Shown in pieces: positions 1 through 10,883 of a DNA stretch of 32,000 nt. Source of the DNA: Desulfotalea psychrophila LSv54 (GTDB lineage: Bacteria; Desulfobacterota; Desulfobulbia; Desulfobulbales; Desulfocapsaceae); contig NC_006138.1 in assembly GCF_000025945.1 (NCBI RefSeq), forward strand, positions 2,370,001-2,402,000, in the 5' to 3' direction. The notes under the pieces were generated by a model, which saw nothing but the letters and a program-made list of their open reading frames with translations, ran no database searches and was not told the DNA's origin. Within the stretch, counting starts at the first letter, position 1. Each line of letters starts with the position of its first letter. The translations under genes were made by a program, and so were the position numbers.

Positions 1-161
1 ATTCGTAATTGTTGGGTGAAACCTACTCGACTTTTTAAAAGATACCGAACATAAGTTAGAGGAATACTTGACCAAGTCCTCGGGAAATTTTTGCAGGGGA
101 TGCAACTGAAGTATCGAGGAGAAGAATACTCGGCTAATGTAACTAGGCCACAGCCATTTAA

Positions 162-187
162 ACTCAGGTGCATTCTACTACACCTGA
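162..187 (-). terminator. possible terminator hairpin downstream of the 232-660 gene
   Basis: Perfect 8-bp inverted repeat CTCAGGTG (162-169) / CACCTGAG (180-187) with a 10-nt loop; on the minus strand it is followed only by a weak U tract (TTTAAAT). Confidence 0.35.
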
Positions 188-231
188 GAGGCGGGCTGTT
201 GACCTGCTGACGGTGTTATTTTTTAAGCTCC

Positions 232-660
232 TTATAAAGGCTCACTGCCTTTATGTAGAGAAGAAAACTTGGTGGTATCCCAGTCAGCAACTTCTTCCTT
301 TGGTTTTTGTCGAGTGTGAATACCCTGTGCCTGTTTGATATCGTAATTGAGGGCATCTTCCTCCCCTCTTACCTGTAACCAATTACAGAGCTGAGTGTCA
401 TTATTAGCATCATCAGCTGCATTGGGTGTAGTAAGGTAGGCGATTTCCAACATACGATCGTGGGTGGTGTCGACATCAGCCTCTTTTGCATACCGCTCTG
501 CTTCGGCATATGTGTTGAATTTCATCATTTTTTCAATATGCTCGAAACGGCAGTACTTGTCGAAGGCGATGCACCATGGTGTATAGTGATAATCAGCGCC
601 AAACATCGTGGTATCAAACTGTTTTATAACAATGACAAAGAACCCTTTGACCTTTTTCAT
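232..660 (-). CDS. hypothetical protein (142 aa)
   Basis: ORF track; no competing ORF of comparable quality; possible terminator hairpin just downstream (162-187). Confidence 0.6.
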   Translation of the reverse strand: MKKVKGFFVIVIKQFDTTMFGADYHYTPWCIAFDKYCRFEHIEKMMKFNTYAEAERYAKEADVDTTHDRMLEIAYLTTPNAADDANNDTQLCNWLQVRGEEDALNYDIKQAQGIHTRQKPKEEVADWDTTKFSSLHKGSEPL

Positions 661-934
661 AGATGACCTCTCTTTAAAAAATGGACTTCCAGTTGCCCCC
701 TACTATGCTTTATAACTTATATATAGGTTTTTTTGGAATTCATTACAAGTAAAAAAAGTGTAAAAAAATGCTGTCAACTGACCAAAATCCTGTCTTTATT
801 TGGATAGACACGTTTATCGTCGGTTTTTGAATTCTTTTGCATACTGTTTACGCATTCTCAGTTCTCGTTTCGCCCAAGGATTTTCCAATATTTTTTGAGG
901 AGCAAACTATCCTGACACCTATGCCTTCGTCTAT

Positions 935-2410
935 TTAGTTTACGCTGCCCTTCAGTATTTGATCGGAATAGATAGCCATTTCGGATTCAAACTTTTTAAA
1001 GCGATTTGTGAGAGAAATGATTGTCTTCTCTCGTTCTTTGTTGGGGAGGAAAGAATATTTAATGCTGTTAAACGCATATTGTTTGATGGTTTGGTAACTT
1101 GGTTTATATCTCGTAGCTAACAAAACATATTCATGACTTAAGTTGTTTCTCGAAACCCCAGAATCGTCTGTGCATATAACTATTGGGACACCATATGCAG
1201 AATAAATCAAATATGGGTGCTCTTGACCTTTAACTCCTAATATAAATTCATTGCTGGTAAAATTAATTTCTACCACTGCTTTCTCTTTAATTGCCCTCAA
1301 AAGGTCGATGGCATCTTCTTCATAAGGTAAGTCAACGCCATGGCCAATTCTTTGAGCACCGGCAATATTTACTGCCTGATCAACATGGAATGTCAAATTT
1401 TTTGGGCGCACCATACCAAGAGTAAGCTCTCCAGCGTGCAATGCTACGTTAACCTCAGGATATTTTTTTCTGAGATAAGAGAAAAATTGCATATGTAATT
1501 CGTAATCCTCGATTGCCACCACGCCATTTTCAGGGCCCACGAGATTAACCCCGACGATAAGCTCAGATTGATCAGCTGCCTGAAATGCTGCATAGAGTGC
1601 AGAAAAAACTTTGCTTGGCACACTATTTCGTGATGTGTATGTTTGATAGCGCATCATGAATTGCTCATCGTCCACATTCGCGTTTTCGTGAGCTGTTTTA
1701 ATTCCTGTGGTAAAATCATTTGTTTTTTCAGTAAAAGTATTATCCCCGTCAATCTTTGATGATTGTTCGTCCAAAAGCGAAAATAATTCTTCGTTATCAC
1801 TATATGTTCTTACGTTTGTATCAAATATTGGATCTGGATATGAATAGCCAACTGATTTAATCATCGTCTCTATATAGCTGACATTTTCTTTTATGGCTCG
1901 CTTTTTGAAGACCAGCATACCCTTTTCATAGCTTTGAGAAACGTATCCAAAATAGCCAAATGTATTAAAGAAATTTGCATCAGGTGGTAATTGCAACTGA
2001 TAATGGTTGGAATAATCTTTATCGGACCAAAGGGTTAATAGCCTTCTGTAAAGCTCTGCATTAGAACGTAATGCATCAACTGTTAGTAGCGTTTTCGTCT
2101 TGTCTTCACTTATTTTTAGTGTTTCCGTGTCGATAAGCTGACTGTTGGCCTTTGCCCAATCCAAATAAGTTTCCACATAAATACTTCCTGAGAAGTGATG
2201 ATGAATATCTCCGCCCTTAGGCATCTCTGTAAGAAAAAGATTTAGTTGAGCAATATTAGGAGACTGTCCTTCAATAAAGTTATTGTAAAGTAATTCAGTC
2301 TTTGCCTCATCAGAGCTGACCTTATTAAGATTCGCCCCGTGGTTGATCTGGGTGCAGCCGGTGAACGCGAAGGCTACAACAATAATGAGTAAGGCTAATT
2401 TTGATTTCAT
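935..2410 (-). CDS. adenosine deaminase-like metallo-hydrolase, predicted lipoprotein
   Basis: Motifs GDIHHHFSGS, HAGE, RIGHG and CTDDSG match the adenosine/AMP deaminase family. Start refined from 2452 to the ATG at 2410 (MKSKLALLIIVVAFAFTGC), which gives a lipobox signal peptide and a purine-rich RBS (GGAGAAAGAG). Confidence 0.88.
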   Translation of the reverse strand: MKSKLALLIIVVAFAFTGCTQINHGANLNKVSSDEAKTELLYNNFIEGQSPNIAQLNLFLTEMPKGGDIHHHFSGSIYVETYLDWAKANSQLIDTETLKISEDKTKTLLTVDALRSNAELYRRLLTLWSDKDYSNHYQLQLPPDANFFNTFGYFGYVSQSYEKGMLVFKKRAIKENVSYIETMIKSVGYSYPDPIFDTNVRTYSDNEELFSLLDEQSSKIDGDNTFTEKTNDFTTGIKTAHENANVDDEQFMMRYQTYTSRNSVPSKVFSALYAAFQAADQSELIVGVNLVGPENGVVAIEDYELHMQFFSYLRKKYPEVNVALHAGELTLGMVRPKNLTFHVDQAVNIAGAQRIGHGVDLPYEEDAIDLLRAIKEKAVVEINFTSNEFILGVKGQEHPYLIYSAYGVPIVICTDDSGVSRNNLSHEYVLLATRYKPSYQTIKQYAFNSIKYSFLPNKEREKTIISLTNRFKKFESEMAIYSDQILKGSVN

Positions 2411-2704
2411 CTCTTTCTCCAAAAGGGTTCCGCTATTAATCGTGGCGCTCACTGGCGAATTTCGGGCGAGTCTGGTAGGGGGGGCGGAATATATGATGAG
2501 GATATCATATTATTTGACAATATTACAAACTGTTGAAAGATATACTGAACCTTTTTCTTAGATTCCAGAAATCAACTAAGGTGGTTTAAATTTATCAGAA
2601 TCGTCTGAGCAATGGTTTTTAGCTTGGTTCGTGCAGGTAATTTATTATGGTAAGATGTCCCAACCCAAAATGGCAGCATTTCCTGCTCTAATGCAATAAG
2701 GCCA

Positions 2705-3712
2705 TTAATTGGTTTCATTGAGGCATTGGGGGTGCAAAACCTCTTTTGCATAAGCGCCATATTTTTTCTGGGCGGCCACACACTCTCCAGCTACGTAAGA
2801 ACAGTTGAAGTTGGGATTAACATTATGTATCCGTGCTGTAACTTTTTCTTCAATATTCGAGTCTGCGTAGCTGCTACAGTTGTTGCCTTCGTCCCACGCG
2901 CCATCTATGTAATCCGCCAAATCAAATCGGGTGTTGGATTCCCAGGCCTTGACTGTTTTCCTGCTTTTTATGGAAGAAATAACTTGGATGTCACAGGTTA
3001 CGTAGGGCCGATTAAAAAGAGCAGCAAACCATCCCTTTAAAGGATCGTTATCTTTGTTTAAGACTTTGTTCCAAAATCGCCAGCCATTAAAATTGGCGAC
3101 AAGATCAGCAGAGGAAAAAATTCCGGTGGTTGTATAACCAAATTTTCCAGCTTCCTGTTCCTCTCCCCAGCTCAGAGCCTGGTCGATATTATTGCCCTTT
3201 TCGGTTAGCTCAAAATATTGCCAGCCCTCACCAAAGAAAAGAACCACTTTATCCAGACCAATAAGATGACCATTGATATTAACCACATCACTGAGCTTTT
3301 TCAGGTTTAAAGAAAACCCTTCTATGTAGCTGATATCACGGTAAATGGAGTCTTCTAGTGCTAAAGAGTAACTTTTGCTGGTGAGTAAACTGCGTAATTG
3401 CTGGTCAAGCGCGTAGCCTTTGAAGCCCCACGATGCGGTAAAGGATTGAAAAATTGCTTTTCTAAGTTCGGTATAAAGGATCTCTTCATCACAAAATTCA
3501 TCGCCTTCAAGGTTGTCGGTATCATCCAGTCGGGCATTGGCTTTCTGGATTCCCTCTTGAATACGTTGATTAAATATTTTGTTAATAGAAACGAGGCTAT
3601 TATCAAGTTCAAGGTCTCTTGGGGTGACGCTATCAATTTCAGATGCAAAACTGGTTTGAAAGACAAAAGTACTTATTAAAACGCATAAAATTATTAATCT
3701 GGAAGTAATCAT
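2705..3712 (-). CDS. secreted hypothetical protein with several cysteines
   Basis: 335-aa ORF; N-terminal signal peptide MITSRLIILCVLISTFVFQTSFA; no family recognised. Confidence 0.7.
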   Translation of the reverse strand: MITSRLIILCVLISTFVFQTSFASEIDSVTPRDLELDNSLVSINKIFNQRIQEGIQKANARLDDTDNLEGDEFCDEEILYTELRKAIFQSFTASWGFKGYALDQQLRSLLTSKSYSLALEDSIYRDISYIEGFSLNLKKLSDVVNINGHLIGLDKVVLFFGEGWQYFELTEKGNNIDQALSWGEEQEAGKFGYTTTGIFSSADLVANFNGWRFWNKVLNKDNDPLKGWFAALFNRPYVTCDIQVISSIKSRKTVKAWESNTRFDLADYIDGAWDEGNNCSSYADSNIEEKVTARIHNVNPNFNCSYVAGECVAAQKKYGAYAKEVLHPQCLNETN

Positions 3713-4176
3713 AAAAAAATATTTACCTTGAATGCAGCTTTAATCACTACCCCTGGACCTGCCACCAACCTCAAAACTTAGTCTCTTTCAGCTAAGTGCA
3801 TGGCCATGGTGGTTAGGGGGAGTGGGACGAAGAAATTTCCGAGGAGAGTAGCTGAGTTTAAGCAATAAGTCCAATATTACCGATAGAAAAAAGTATCCGC
3901 TAGTAATGGTTCGATCTTAGGGCCGGAATCCTTTTAATCCGAAGTTACCTATATTTTAAAAACTACCCCCTACACGAACACACCTATAGCTTGCCCACAG
4001 AGGGCCTCACCTGTTTCTCTGCTCAATAGGACACCACAGGCCCTTCTTTGATACAGACGCCCGGGCCATCTCAACAACCAGACAGGCATGGTCTGTTTCT
4101 TGCCATTCTAAATGTCTATAGGGGGTAATTCATACTGTCATTGTTGAAATCTTACAGAGTAGCTCTAGATAGAGTC

Positions 4177-6699
4177 CTACATTTTGCGCTTAGTTCTTGA
4201 TGTTGCCTGTGCCTCCAGGGGGTTATCGGGCCAATAATGTTTTGGATAACGTCCTGCAAGTTCCTTTTTAATTTCTGGATATGTCCTCTGCCAAAATGAT
4301 TTTAAATCCTTAGTTATTTGCATTGATCGTCGTGCCGGTGAGAGTAGGTGCAGAGTTAATGGTAGTGAACCTCCACAAATAGTTGGTGTATCGCACATGC
4401 CAAAGACCTCTTGGAGTCGTACTGCAAGCCTTGGCTCATCACCCAGGTGATATGTTATTTTTATATTCGATCCACTAGGAACTTTGGTGTGAGTTGGAGC
4501 CAAAGTTTGTAATAGTTGTTGTTTGTTGTATGAAAGTTTCGCGAGCAATGCGGATTGAAAATCAATATCTCTAAGTTGCTGCACTTTGGTGAATCCGTAG
4601 CAAAAAGGCTCTAACCATGTGAGGTCTTGTATAAGGGCCTCATCTGAGAAATCCTGCCAGTTATTTTGATCGTAATTAAATAAAGTTTGAAGACGGGCTT
4701 GTAGCTCTCGACTTGATTTGGACCATGGTAAGGCCTCACTGCCAGTCTCTTGTATGCCTTTCAGCAATAGAGTGAGAGCGACATCCTTGTCTTGCAAAGA
4801 GATTGGTTTAGAAGATATTTTTGCCAAACCAATAAATGTCTCGCGCCTTGCCTGTACTGCCAGCTCTTTTTTATCCCACCTGATATGATCCGAAGTTGAA
4901 ATAAGGTCGGGATGATTCTTTTCTAGTTCCATGAGAGTTGTTGGTGCTGCTAGAAATATTTTCCCATTTCCTCCTCTAACATCTACCTTGGCAGCTACAA
5001 TTATTTGTGAGTTGTTCAGACTATCCTGGGCACTGATTCGTGCTTGTCGACCATTCGCCAGTTGGAAGGTAGAGTCCTGTTGAGATCGCCCAATTGCAAT
5101 ACGGTCCGGATAACAAAAGCAAAGAAGATTGCCGGTTTCCTCAGAGTTGATTGTTTCTGCCCACCTGATGCCAAGCGTTTTTCGCCATTGTTCAACTTGC
5201 TGTAAAATTTGTTTGCACACCTGAGTGTTGAGGTTTGCTCTCCCAGAATAGCTGGAAGAGCGGTTGCTTAGAGAGGAAAGTGCTTTTATACGATCTCGAA
5301 TATCTATACCATTATCATGCCCTTGGAAAATATCTCGTTCTGAAAGGATACCGGCAAGGTAACAGCCAGTGAGGCCTAAAGAGAGTTCTGTTGCCTTAAG
5401 TAACATGTAGCTTAGGCGTGGATGGAGTGGGAATTTTCGTAGCTTTCTGCCGATATCGGTTATTTCACCCTTTTTGTTCAGTGCACTTAATTGAGTTAAG
5501 AGCTTTACCGCTTTTTCCCACGCTCCTTTACCGGGAGGATCCAGCCACTTGAGCTGTTTTGCATCGTTTACACCCCAGTGAGCAAGTTCGAGCACCAAGC
5601 TCGTGAGATCAGCATTGCAGATTTCAGGTGGTGTGAATGCAAGCAGGCCATGATGAATTTTTTCATCCCAAAGTCTGATACACATACCGCTGTTTTGTCT
5701 CCCTGCCCGGCCACGACGCTGCTCTGCAGATGCTCTAGATATCCTTGAAGTGACAAGGCTTGTTAGACCGTTCTTTGGGTTGTAAACCGGATGTTTATGT
5801 AAGCCGCTATCAACAATACAGCGCACACCATCAACAGTGAGGCTTGTCTCTGCTACCGGAGTTGCGAGGACCACTCTTCTTTGCCTGTTTTGTTTTGGGG
5901 CGAGAATTTTATCTTGCTGTTCTATTGGCAGATCACCGTATAGGGGCAGTATCTTGACATTGTTCCCAATGCTTTCAAGTTCCCTCTCAACAGATTTAAT
6001 GTCTGCAATTCCAGGGAGGAAAGTTAAAATATCACCTTCATAGTTGGCCAGGGCATAGGATATAGCCGAAGTTACACTCATTGACAATGGGGTGAATTCT
6101 GTGGCAGGAGGCTGGTAAATCACAGAAACGGGGAAACTCTTACCTGCACTTTCCACTATTCGGGCATTATCAAGAAGTTTTGCTAATTTCTCACTATCTA
6201 AGGTAGCGGACATTACAAGTAACCTGAAATCTTCACGAAGAGTTGCCAGGTCAAGACAAAGTGCAAGGCAGAGATCTGCAATGAGGCTTCGCTCATGATA
6301 TTCATCGAAAATAACAAGCCCAATATCTGTGAGTTCCTGATCTTTTTGGATTGTTTTAAGGAAAACGCCTTCTGTAACGATAAATATTTTTGTATTTGCT
6401 GAAAATTCTTTGGAGTAGCGAGTGATGTAACCAACCGTTTGTCCAATCCTTTCTCCTAAGAGAGAACTCATTCTGTAGGCAGCGGCCCTTGCAGCCACTC
6501 TGCGCGGCTCAAGCATGTAGATTTTTTTCCCGTGAAGCCAATCTTGGCCTAATAGGGTTATTGGTGCAATTGTAGTTTTTCCTGAACCCGTAGGGGACTT
6601 GAGGACGGTGTGACCAGCGGCAAGGCTCTCTTGCAGGCTATCAAGAACAGCAGAGATTGGGTAATTTGAGAGAGATTTAGTTATAGTTGGGTTTTGCAT
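4177..6699 (-). CDS. hrpB: ATP-dependent helicase HrpB (DEAH-box)
   Basis: SPTGSGKTT Walker A, DEYHER (DEAH-type) box, SATLD, QRRGRAGR, and HrpB-like ILSERD and C-terminal region; 840 aa. Confidence 0.93.
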   Translation of the reverse strand: MQNPTITKSLSNYPISAVLDSLQESLAAGHTVLKSPTGSGKTTIAPITLLGQDWLHGKKIYMLEPRRVAARAAAYRMSSLLGERIGQTVGYITRYSKEFSANTKIFIVTEGVFLKTIQKDQELTDIGLVIFDEYHERSLIADLCLALCLDLATLREDFRLLVMSATLDSEKLAKLLDNARIVESAGKSFPVSVIYQPPATEFTPLSMSVTSAISYALANYEGDILTFLPGIADIKSVERELESIGNNVKILPLYGDLPIEQQDKILAPKQNRQRRVVLATPVAETSLTVDGVRCIVDSGLHKHPVYNPKNGLTSLVTSRISRASAEQRRGRAGRQNSGMCIRLWDEKIHHGLLAFTPPEICNADLTSLVLELAHWGVNDAKQLKWLDPPGKGAWEKAVKLLTQLSALNKKGEITDIGRKLRKFPLHPRLSYMLLKATELSLGLTGCYLAGILSERDIFQGHDNGIDIRDRIKALSSLSNRSSSYSGRANLNTQVCKQILQQVEQWRKTLGIRWAETINSEETGNLLCFCYPDRIAIGRSQQDSTFQLANGRQARISAQDSLNNSQIIVAAKVDVRGGNGKIFLAAPTTLMELEKNHPDLISTSDHIRWDKKELAVQARRETFIGLAKISSKPISLQDKDVALTLLLKGIQETGSEALPWSKSSRELQARLQTLFNYDQNNWQDFSDEALIQDLTWLEPFCYGFTKVQQLRDIDFQSALLAKLSYNKQQLLQTLAPTHTKVPSGSNIKITYHLGDEPRLAVRLQEVFGMCDTPTICGGSLPLTLHLLSPARRSMQITKDLKSFWQRTYPEIKKELAGRYPKHYWPDNPLEAQATSRTKRKM

Positions 6700-7307
6700 G
6701 CAGAATGTGGCCTTTGTTAGTGTTTGATCTTATTGACGTTATCCCATCGTCAGTCCCATTTTTAGCTGAGTAGTTTCGTATGCCTGCACCTAGATGTCAA
6801 ATTATTACGGTACAGATTATCCTGAGACATAGGGTTTACTTGGGGTAGATAAGAGGCAAGCATTAATTTTATTCAAAGCCTTGATCGCAGCCCTACCTGC
6901 TTGTAGTGACACATCGTCTTTTCAGCAAGAGATATTTGTTGGTACCCTGTGCTTTCCTGCTCCTTTTTCTTTAGTGTTTTTTACTGCATCATATTTTCTA
7001 CGCCTTTGTATAGCCGAGCCTCCTGCTTTCCGTGCTATAATGAGTTAATATGGACTCCATAATGTTGGGTTGGATCATGTGGAAGGAGCTAATAGATAAT
7101 ATCGCAGCTCACCTCAAAGGTTAATACTGCCACGTCAAGCTAGACATCACAGGAACTGTTAGTTCGAATATACCGAAACATCTTAGCGTATTTATCTATT
7201 TGTACTAAGTGAATATTTGCTTTATTATTCGATTCATGACGGATTCAATATCAGAATTGAGGATAGATTTTTCTTATAAATCAATTTAACTAATAAAAGG
7301 TATCATC

Positions 7308-7490
7308 ATGGAAATATTACTGTTTTTTGGTTTAGTAACTTTTTCTGCCCTCTTTTGTTTTACCCTGAAAGTCAACCAGTCGAAACACAGGCCCAACCCA
7401 AATACCCCTGGGGACCTTGTCTTTTTGAAAGTTACGCCAATCCAACAACCAGAGCGTTCCTATAACAATATTCGGCTGAGGCCATTCTAA
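7308..7490 (+). CDS. small putative membrane protein (60 aa)
   Basis: ATG preceded by AAAGG; hydrophobic N-terminus MEILLFFGLVTFSALFCFTL. Confidence 0.4.
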   Translation: MEILLFFGLVTFSALFCFTLKVNQSKHRPNPNTPGDLVFLKVTPIQQPERSYNNIRLRPF

Positions 7491-7568
7491 CAATATTCTG
7501 TAGGTGGTGGAGCCTCATCCACAGATTCCTCGTAGCAGGTTTATCATTAAATTATCAGGAGTTTCACA

Positions 7569-9006
7569 ATGCGTAGATTTTTAAACTTTTTTTCCTTTAC
7601 TACAGCCCTTGTGGTCTTTTTGGGTTTTGGCGGAGTAGCCTTTGCGACTGGCTCTGGAATGGTTCAGGACACCTTGAATCTGACAAAGCACTGGGGAGGA
7701 TATGTTGCATTGATAGTCTTCGTGGTGGCGTATGTATTTGTCATGCTTGAAGAGATTACGCATATGCGAAAATCCAAACCGGTCCTGTTAGCTGCCGGTA
7801 TTATCTGGGGTGTGATCGGCCTGATATATGCGATGAATGGCATTGATCATGCTGCAGAGGCTGCCCTGCGTCATAATATTCTCGAATATGCAGAGCTGTT
7901 TCTCTTTTTGCTGGTGGCCATGACCTTTATCAATGCCATGGATGAGCGGCAAGTCTTTGAGGTTCTCCGGGTAAAGCTGGTCAATGCCGGTTACTCCTTC
8001 AGAAAACTCTTCTGGATCACCGGTTTGCTGGGCTTTTTCATCTCTTCGGGTGCAGACAATCTTACCACGGACCTGTTGATGTGTGCTGGGGCGATGGTTA
8101 TCGGCAAAGAGGATAAAAAATTTGTAGGCCTGGACTGAATTAATATTGAGTGCTGCCGCCAATGCGGGCGGTGCTTTTAGCCCCTTTGGAGACATTACCA
8201 CCTTGATGGTATGGCAGAAGGGAATTATCCAGTTTCAGGAATTTTTCGTATTATTTATCCCCTCTGTCGTCAATTGGCTTGTGCCGGCAGTTATAATGAG
8301 CTTTGCCGTACCAAATAAGCAGCCTGAATCAGGCATTGATGATATAAAACTGAAGCGTGGGGCCCTTGTGATTATAGGTCTTTTTCTCTGGACCATCGCC
8401 ACTGCTGTAAGCTTTCATAATTTTCTGAAACTGCCACCGGTGGCTGGTATGATGGCCGGTTTGTCGCTCTTGAAAATATTCGGCTACTACCTTAACAAAA
8501 CCCATGTTAAAAACCGTTTAACCTATGATCCAGTAAAAGCGGAACAACGGATCGGCCAGATCGTTCCATTTGATATTTTCGCCAAGGTAGCACGGGCAGA
8601 ATGGGATACACTGCTTTTTTTCTACGGTATCATCCTCTGTGTTGGTGGTCTCGGTTTCATGGGTTACCTCGGCCTTGCCTCAAACATAATGTACCTTGAC
8701 CTGGGGCCGACAACCGCCAATATCATTGTAGGATTTCTCTCAGCAATTGTTGATAACATTCCGGTCATGTTTGCCGTTCTGACCATGATGCCGGAGATGT
8801 CTCAAGGTCAGTGGCTACTTGTCACCCTGACAGCGGGAGTTGGTGGAAGCATGCTGTCCATTGGTTCAGCCGCAGGGGTGGCACTTATGGGGCAGGCCAG
8901 AGGCAAATATACATTTTTCGGACACCTCAAATGGTCTCCGGTGATTGCCCTGGGATACGTAGCAAGTATCTATACCCATTTCCTCATAAACAGTTCATTG
9001 ATGTAG
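7569..9006 (+). pseudogene. nhaD: NhaD-type Na+/H+ antiporter, interrupted by in-frame TGA and frameshift
   Basis: ORFs 7569-8138 and 8146-9006 read as consecutive parts of one NhaD-like membrane protein (SSGADNLTTDLLMCAGAM ... ANAGGAFSPFGDITTLMVWQKG). The in-frame stop is TGA at 8136-8138, and frame 0 gives I-N-I after it before the frame changes around 8148. Confidence 0.8.
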
Positions 9007-9055
9007 CTGAAAAGTGGCTGGTAGTACAGAGCTTATTTTTCAATGATAATAAAAT

Positions 9056-9089
9056 CCCCGTTAGGAGCTTATCAAGTCTCCTGACGGGG
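9056..9089 (-). terminator. hairpin terminator between nhaD and nhaR
   Basis: CCCCGTTAGGAG (9056-9067) pairs with CTCCTGACGGGG (9078-9089), one G-U wobble; on the minus strand it is followed by ATTTTATT. Confidence 0.55.
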
Positions 9090-9331
9090 GCAGTAGAGTG
9101 TAGTTATATGCAGGCTTGAAAACATTTAAGAGGCATAATTTTCTAAGAGTAAAAAATCAGTTTTTAACACCAGTTGATTGATCGAGGTACTCTCCACCCT
9201 GTTGCTCTTTGTCGGTAGCATAGGAGGTGCCTAGTGTTTTCAAACAAGGAGTGAAACTATTGTTGAGGTGCTGTTGGATTGTTCACGCAAGCCTTGCAGG
9301 TGCCCTTGTTGTTTTTGGGCTCTCCTGCTTA

Positions 9332-10237
9332 CTAACATTCAAAAAATAGTTTTTGTTGGGCAGCATCAGAGATAGCTGCTACGGCAGGATGTTTGATAAT
9401 CCGCTCAACCGAAATTGCATAAAATTTTTCTCTTATTTTATTTGTACGTCCAATCACCTGAACTTGATACTGTTGTGCAACTTCTTTTTCGATAACTGTT
9501 GGTGCCATGAAAATGCCATCACCAGCTTGTCCAAACACTTTAACTAATGCATTATCATCAAACTCGCCAATTATTACCGGGTGAACTCCAATTCTTTCAA
9601 ACCACTGGTCGAGCATGCCTCGCGATGAGCTCATGGGCATGGGCAGCAACATGGGCGCTTCATCTAGGGAATGGGGGAAGTTGCTCTGGCGCGGTTTGGC
9701 AAGTTTTTCGACCCCAAAAAAAGAGACACCGCACTCACCTAGAAGATGATTGTAGGCCTTGATACTTAAACTTGAGCGAATCGGAGTATCTGTCAAAACC
9801 ACATCGAGATTATGCAAGGCCAGTTCGGCAAGTAACTGTTCATCTTTTCCCTCGTGACAACTCAAACGCACTTTTTCAGGTAGCTTTCCTGTTGGCTCAA
9901 GAAGCTTTCGAGCCACAAGTTTTGGAATTACGTCGACGATGCCCACTTTCAGTGATAAGGGGCCAGCAACTGGCCGACCATGTAGAGAGTCCATCATTTC
10001 CCGGCCCAGAGAAAATATCTCATCTGCATACCGAAAAACAAGATGTCCCATGTCTGTAGGTTCAATATTTCGGCCGACCCGCCTGAACAGTTTTGCCCCT
10101 AAATTTTCTTCGAATTTAGATAATTGGGCGCTCACTGTTGACTGAGCTAAGCTGAGTTTGGCGCTGGCTGCTGTGATGCTCCCCTCTTTCATTACAGTCC
10201 AAAAATAAAACAGATGATGGTAGTTGAGCCATTCCAT
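9332..10237 (-). CDS. nhaR: LysR-family transcriptional activator, NhaR-like
   Basis: N-terminal MEWLNYHHLFYFWTVMKEGSITAASAKLSLAQSTVSAQLSKFEENLGAKLFRR, which is a LysR HTH of NhaR type; 301 aa; convergent with the NhaD gene. Confidence 0.9.
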   Translation of the reverse strand: MEWLNYHHLFYFWTVMKEGSITAASAKLSLAQSTVSAQLSKFEENLGAKLFRRVGRNIEPTDMGHLVFRYADEIFSLGREMMDSLHGRPVAGPLSLKVGIVDVIPKLVARKLLEPTGKLPEKVRLSCHEGKDEQLLAELALHNLDVVLTDTPIRSSLSIKAYNHLLGECGVSFFGVEKLAKPRQSNFPHSLDEAPMLLPMPMSSSRGMLDQWFERIGVHPVIIGEFDDNALVKVFGQAGDGIFMAPTVIEKEVAQQYQVQVIGRTNKIREKFYAISVERIIKHPAVAAISDAAQQKLFFEC

Positions 10238-10409
10238 GATATTGCAATCTCTCCAGGGTTGATTTGCGCGGCTTTACTGCGAGATAACACGTTTCGTTAA
10301 ATTCGATATATTGTAACATTTTTATCTGTATGCTCTATTTGTTTCTTCACTATATAATTGCTTAGTGATTGATTCAATATAAGTATTGAACTGTAGAATT
10401 TAGTGCCTG

Positions 10410-10670
10410 TTAGACGGCCCATAAATTTTTGGATTTACCTGTTTGAACGTTGTATTCGCGGTTACGGTCATGCTGCCCTGATAATGCTGTGCTGTCCCAA
10501 CTTTCCCTCGTTTTCTTGTCTACCCAAGACGTCAAGGTCATTGCTTCAGCGCCCCACTCTGGCCAAATTTTGGTTTTTCTCCTGCTAGCTACCATGACTC
10601 CTCCAATGCTCTATGTTATAAGAAAACATCATCGAGCAAAGTCAGTAACTTCTATTTATGCAATAAGGCC
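10410..10670 (-). mobile_element. truncated IS end (IS5-like, outer end at 10670)
   Basis: The reverse complement of about 10600-10670 (GGCCTTATTGCATAAATAGAAG...TTTGCTCGATGATGTTTTCTTATAACATAGA) closely matches the left end of the 19769-19971 element. ORF 10410-10595 begins at the ATG just inside this end and may be a transposase N-terminal remnant; the extent beyond about 10600 is uncertain. Confidence 0.6.
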
Positions 10671-10883
10671 TCGATTAATCCAAAACAGGGGTAGCGTCAT
10701 GCCTGAAACGGTGGGGATCTCTCAATGTTGTTTTTTCTGTTTTTTAGATCATATGCTATTAAAATTATTACAAAACATTCCTCGTTCAGGAAGGTGTATT
10801 TCTAGTTGACAATGTTAGAGAAGTTCGGTTAAGGTAGTTTTATTAGATACCTCCAAGGTAGATGATACGTATGATGGATAAAG

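Noticed and set aside
3361-3666. 101-aa minus-strand ORF MSFKPVLHLK...
   Set aside because: Overlaps the better supported 2705-3712 gene, which has a signal peptide, in another frame.
4002-4046. Inverted repeat AGGGCCT...AGGCCCT upstream region of the 2705-3712/4177-6699 interval
   Set aside because: Short stem with a long (about 30-nt) loop and no U tract; insufficient to call a riboswitch or terminator.
8136-8138. TGA as a genuine selenocysteine codon in NhaD
   Set aside because: A frameshift lies within about 12 nt downstream, so Sec insertion alone would not restore the protein; no SECIS hairpin was recognised by eye. Kept only as a low-probability alternative in the findings.
7788-8201. 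137-aa minus-strand ORF
   Set aside because: Antisense to the NhaD coding region; composition unlike a real protein.
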